Source of the DNA: Octopus bimaculoides
Taxonomy: Eukaryota
Assembly (NCBI RefSeq): GCF_001194135.2
Contig: NC_068981.1
Coordinates: 52,732,467 to 52,796,466, forward strand
DNA: 64,000 bases
Reading direction: 5' to 3'
Shown: positions 59,109 to 64,000 of the stretch, piece by piece
Layout: each line of letters starts with the position of its first letter
Numbering within the stretch: the stretch's first letter is position 1
Position numbers and translations under genes: made by a program
The notes under the pieces: model-generated
What the model saw: only the letters and a program-made list of their open reading frames with translations
Database searches by the model: none
What the model was told of the DNA's origin: nothing

Positions 59109-60164
59109 AACAGAATTATGATTACATCATTTCCCTAAAATCAGTTTTAAATGGAATAAAAACTCAGTTAGATTGAGATGGGAAACAACTCATAAAATAC
59201 CCAGTTATATCCGACAAAATGATTTTTCCGTTTTTAGTTCGACACAGATGCTAAAACATTTGGCTGCAGTTCATTAAAATAACGATTCTTATCATTGGCA
59301 AAAAGCCAATAATAAAATATTATAAAAGAATAATATAAAACAAGCCATGCCATTATCATTAACCAAGAATCATGTACCAATATTGTAGTTCTATTTGCCA
59401 TAGCTGTAAGAACCACAACTACAGAGAATCGGGATGGTGTCTGGATAAAAATGGCATGTACTTTTAAGGATGCGACTATTGTGTTTGGAGAATACAACCT
59501 AAAGTCACTGATTCGAGGACCTGTCTTCTAAAGGACCATATTTTAATTAATAAGCCAAATAGTGATCTATCTAATCTAAGTTGTCAACATAAAATGAATT
59601 CAGAGAATTACCAATATAAAGAAAGTAAACGATGCCATTTGAAGGTTGATAAACCAAATAATTAAAATAATTCAAAAACAAAAGCAAACAAAATTTAGAA
59701 TAAATAATTTTAATTTCAAACTATCCAGAAAAACGTGTTTTCTACAGTATAGCCAGTATAGAATTAAGTGTACGTTGCAAGACAACACTACTTAAGATTT
59801 GAATCCGCAACCTATAAATCTTAACTGCTTATCTGTTTATATGTGAATTTAACATTTTTCATAAGAAATTTCCATTCTATGTGTCTGAAAACTGAATTAA
59901 AAAGAAAAGATAAGTTCTTTCTTATTAAAGTGCAAAAACTTAGAACAGGTTCTATTCGAAAATAGACCGATAACAGTTAAACCTAACTTTGCTGAGTGTG
60001 GGTAGAGAGACACAACAAAATTTGTTTCAACACACAAATTCCCATAAAGAATTTTGTAAACCAGATACAAAAACGAAGTTTAAGTTGAAACATGTATATT
60101 AAAAAGATAATTAAAAATAAATGCAAAACGCAAACATGGCTTTAGCTTTCATATGCAAAGGGGA

Positions 60165-60230
60165 AGTATTCTGAAAGGGGAAGTAACTTAGAAAATCGAT
60201 AGCAGTAGTTAAATCATCCATCTTGAATAT
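60165..60230 (-). promoter_or_regulatory. Candidate KMT2E core promoter
   Basis: On the minus strand, in order: YY1-like CAAGATGG (60225-60218), DRE-like WATCGATW (60201-60194) and two ACTTCCCCTTT pyrimidine tracts. The region 59.2-60.5 kb retains visibly more CpG than the gene body. Confidence 0.3.
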
Positions 60231-60639
60231 ATTAACATATTATTTAAAGAAACGATGTTACTCAAGAAACACGAGTAGAAAATAAATGAAAAGAAATTTA
60301 TTTTATAAGATATAACCACAACAAATATATACAATATACTTATTGTTTTGGTAAAGTCAAGTAATAAGTGATACAAATAGATAAATTCGCAAATATTAGC
60401 AATGAAGGTAGAAACATTCTAATCACACGACTAATTTTAATATGTCGCAGCAAACAAGTATACATTTCAGATGATATACTTCAAGGATACACGCGCGCGC
60501 GCACTTATGTATACATAAATGTAAATATATACATAGTTTTAAATCTCTGAGCGAACATACGCACACGCATATAATTACACATAAATGTAAATAAGAAATT
60601 GAAATGACAAAAAAATACATAATTATCCTATGAACTTCA

Positions 60640-60725
60640 TTAGCTTACAACTGTTTCTGCTATGAGATACAATGGACTTATAGTCGAGCTCCTGACTATC
60701 ACCTTATAGCTTCATCAGAGTTTCA
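60640..60725 (-). ncRNA. Hammerhead-like motif (Penelope-type) with extended stem II
   Basis: CTGATGA-a-gctat...atagc-a-GAAAC-AGTT-GTA-ag; inner hairpin atagtc/gactat; quasi-palindromic stem III ACAGTTGT. Confidence 0.5.
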
Positions 60726-60732
60726 GCATATG

Positions 60733-61345
60733 CATCATTATCACATAACGTTCGTTTTCCATGTTGGCATCGGTTGGACGGTTGGCAAGGTCCAACGAGC
60801 ACCAATGTATCTTTTGGTACGGCTTCTATGGTTGGGTTGCACTTCTGCCAACCACTGTACAGAGTGTAGTGAATGGTATTTTTTTCGCGACAGCGGCACC
60901 GGTGAGGATGCCAAGTAAATAGTAAGATAAGGAGAAAAAGAAGCCCTCAACTGAGTAGGGTTGTAGTATGTCAAGTGTTGAGAAGACAAAGTATGACAGA
61001 GAGAAAGGCTCATGCGTCATACTATAGAAGAGATACATAAGCTATTATTAAGTAGGAGTGGATGGGGTAGCTGGAAAGAAGATAAAGATGTTGATGGCGA
61101 GGTGTACAAGAAGGTGAGTAGTTGAGAGAATACAGACGGGTAGCTGAAATTCAAAGGTGTAGGTTGTTAGACATGGGGTATAGGTTAATGTAGTGAACGT
61201 TGTATAAGAGTGAAATTGTGGTATATGAGTTCGGGGGAGAAGGTAAAAGAAACAGCTCAGGAAGGACGAAGTGATAAGCTGTGGTATAGGAAGGACGTAG
61301 AGTAGCAATATAATAAACCTAGAGATAGATCCGAAAATAGGGAAA
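60733..61345 (-). mobile_element. RTE 3'-UTR-derived fragment with purine-rich extension
   Basis: ttttccatgttggcatcggttggacgg...ccctcaactgagt. Confidence 0.7.
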
Positions 61346-61355
61346 GCCTGTGGAG

Positions 61356-61679
61356 CAGGGTTCCTCAATCGTTTTTTATCTATGATCCCCTTTGACTACT
61401 ATTTTATTCTGGTGGATCCCATAGCCATTAGATGTTTAAAAACTAATTTTAAGAAACTTCTTTCAAAATATCTATTTTGTTTTTCACACATTAACTTGTG
61501 TAGTGTGAACAATGTAAAATGTTAGAGAAAGAAACCTAGTGTTTCTTGCAAAATTTTTGAGAGGCTCTTAAAATGCTATTGTGGATCCCCATTTTACTAT
61601 ATTGGTATGTCCCCCCACCAAAAAAAAAAAAAACATTTAGACCCTCAGGGGCCATATGGACCCTGGTTGAGAACTACAG
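61356..61679. mobile_element. hAT (Charlie-like) MITE
   Basis: TIRs cagggttcctcaa / ttgagaactacag; TSD ctgtggag / ctgtagag. Confidence 0.8.
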
Positions 61680-61827
61680 CTGTAGAGATCAAACAGGGAG
61701 TGAATGTGCAGGGTGGGAGGGCAGTAAAGGAACAGAAGTACAGAGATAACTTTAGTGAGCATGGAAGGAACAAAGGTAGTAGAACATCAACAGTAGATAT
61801 AAGATGGAGAAGGATATATGCATACAC

Positions 61828-61829
<2 letters not shown>

Positions 61830-61884
<55 letters not shown>

Positions 61885-61965
61885 TACACACACATGTATA
61901 TATATATGTATATATATCCACACATATGTATATAAATACATACATATGTATATAGACACACACAT
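61830..61965. repeat. (TA)n / (TACA)n microsatellite
   Basis: Direct inspection. Confidence 0.95.
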
Positions 61966-62280
61966 ATACCTAACTATATCTGGTGTAACACCACCTCTCT
62001 TAATACTACATCCAACTCAGTTGAGGGAGTCTTGTTCTACAAGTTACTTGGTGACCTCAACAGTGCCTGTGCCATGTAAAAAGCACCAAGTACACTCAAT
62101 AAAGTGGATGGCGTTAGGAAGGGTATCCCTCTGTACAACCATAAAGTGGTTGGTGTTAGAAAGGGAATCTCTGTGTAGAAATCATGCCAAAGACATTGGA
62201 TCTTGGTGCAGTCCTACGACTTGCAAGCTCTTGTTGAACCGTCCAACTCATACCAGATGGAAAATGGATATTAAATGATG
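61960..62280 (+). mobile_element. RTE 3'-UTR-derived fragment, inverted relative to the 60733 copy
   Basis: actcagttgaggg...ttaggaaggg...ccgtccaac...aaatgatgat. Confidence 0.75.
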
Positions 62281-62362
62281 ATATAAATATAAACATACAT
62301 ACATTTATATAAATACATATGCATGGACAAATACATATACTCACACATTTATACACCATGCA

Positions 62363-62404
<42 letters not shown>

Positions 62405-62779
62405 NNNNNNNNNNNNNNNNNNNNNNNNNNNNNNNNNNNNNNNNNNNNNNNNNNNNNNNNNNNNNNNNNNNNNNNNNNNNNNNNNNNNNNNNNNNNNNNN
62501 NNNNNNNNNNNNNNNNNNNNNNNNNNNNNNNNNNNNNNNNNNNNNNNNNNNNNNNNNNNNNNNNNNNNNNNNNNNNNNNNNNNNNNNNNNNNNNNNNNNN
62601 NNNNNNNNNNNNNNNNNNNNNNNNNNNNNNNNNNNNNNNNNNNNNNNNNNNNNNNNNNNNNNNNNNNNNNNNNNNATATATATATATATATTCACATTCA
62701 CACACATCTATACACATGTCACCATCCCCATATACATCCATTCAACCATTTGTATATACATCCAGCCAGCTATCTATAC

Positions 62780-64000
62780 ATATCATCATCATTTAATGTC
62801 TGCTTTCCATGCTAGAATGGGTTGGACGATTTGACTGAGGACTGGCAAACCAGATGGCTGCACCAGGTTCCAATCTGATCTGGCAGTTTCTACAGCTCGA
62901 TGCTCTTCCTAACATCAACCACTCTGAGAGTGTAGTGGGTGCTTTTACATGCCACCAGCACAAGGACCAGTCAAACGGTACTGGCAACAGCCATGCTCAT
63001 ATGGTGATTTTTATGTGCCACATGCACAGGAGCCAGTCCAGCGGCACTGGCAATGACCCAGCTCAAATAGTTTATCATGTGCCACAGGCACAAGTGCCAG
63101 TAAGGCGATGCTGGTTATGATTACGCCTGAATGGTGCTTTTTACATGCCACCAGCACGGAAGCCAGTCAAATGCTCTAGCAACGATCACGCTCAGACGGT
63201 GCTCTTAGCACTGCATAAGCACGGACGCCAGTCGTCGAATTTGATTTTGATTTCATTTGCCTCAACAGGTCTTTGCAAGCAGAGTTTAGTGTCCAATGAA
63301 GGAAAGGTATGCATAGGTAGGCTGGTTACATTACTGGCATAGGCCATGGGTTATATGGGTTATGGGTCTCACTTGGCTTGCCGGGTTTTCTCAGTATATT
63401 TCCAAAGGTCTCGGTCACTAGTCATTGCCTCGGTGAGACATAATGTTCAAAGGTTGTGCTTCACCACCTCATCCCAGGTGTTCTTGGGTCTACCTCTTCC
63501 AAAGGTTCCCTCAACCACTAGGGTGTGGCACTCTTTTACACAGCTATCCTCATCCATTCTCACCACATGACCATACCAGTGCAGTCGTCTCACTTGCACA
63601 CTACATCTGATGCTTCTTAGGTCCAACTTTGCTCTCAAGGTACTTACACTCTGTCGAGTATGCACTCTGACATTACACATCTAGTGGCGCATACTGGCTT
63701 CATTCCTTGCATGCTTACACATGTCCTTGGAAGTCACGGCCCAAGTTTCACTGCCATGTAGCATGGCTGTTCATACACATGTCATACAGTCTACATTTTC
63801 AGCGAGAGGCCCTTTGTCAACAGGAGAGGTAAGAGCTCTCTGAACTTTGCCCAGGCTATTCTTATTCTAGCAGCTACACTTTCAGTGCACCCACCCTCTG
63901 CTACTGACTTGTTCACCTAGGTAACGGAAGCTATCAACTACTACTAGTTTTTCTCCCTGGAATGTGGCAGAAGTTGCTCTCTGCACATTTTCAGTGTTTA
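62780..64000 (-). mobile_element. RTE LINE 3' portion (RT C-terminus plus 3' UTR), degenerate
   Basis: [26 protein letters not shown] and GRGRPKNTW motifs with in-frame stops; (ATC)n tail near 62780. Confidence 0.92.

Noticed and set aside
61607-62278. 223-aa ORF
   Set aside because: It is built from a hAT MITE end, a (TA)n microsatellite and an RTE UTR, and is not a gene.

Overview
This is AT-rich eukaryotic genomic DNA with five N-gaps. The SINE, RTE and MITE content and the microsatellite load suggest an octopus-type cephalopod (inference). One minus-strand gene dominates the window: the single invertebrate orthologue of KMT2E/MLL5 and SETD5 (UpSET/Set3 family). I traced 28 GT-AG coding exons by hand from 51188 to 5704. 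Their phases join into one open frame of 6129 nt (2042 aa plus stop). The protein carries the HCF-1-binding DHNY motif, a PHD finger, a pseudo-catalytic SET domain, the REERKMEAI coiled coil, the AKKRWLRQA, TPLKKRR and [12 protein letters not shown] motifs, and a Pro/Gln-rich tail. Exon 1 and its ATG are less certain than the rest. Introns and flanks hold tRNA-derived SINEs, RTE and CR1-like LINE fragments, and hAT and piggyBac MITEs with visible target-site duplications. The most unusual observations are: (1) a 361-bp head-to-head palindrome of a tRNA-headed unit whose tail carries a decayed Penelope-type minimal hammerhead ribozyme; (2) a second, different hammerhead-like motif near the putative promoter; (3) a candidate 12-nt stop-containing exon inside a 161-nt intron; (4) a CpG-retaining, E-box-rich contig inside the largest intron; (5) interlocked inverted repeats next to telomeric repeats. 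All coordinates and alignments were done by eye, and no database searches were run.
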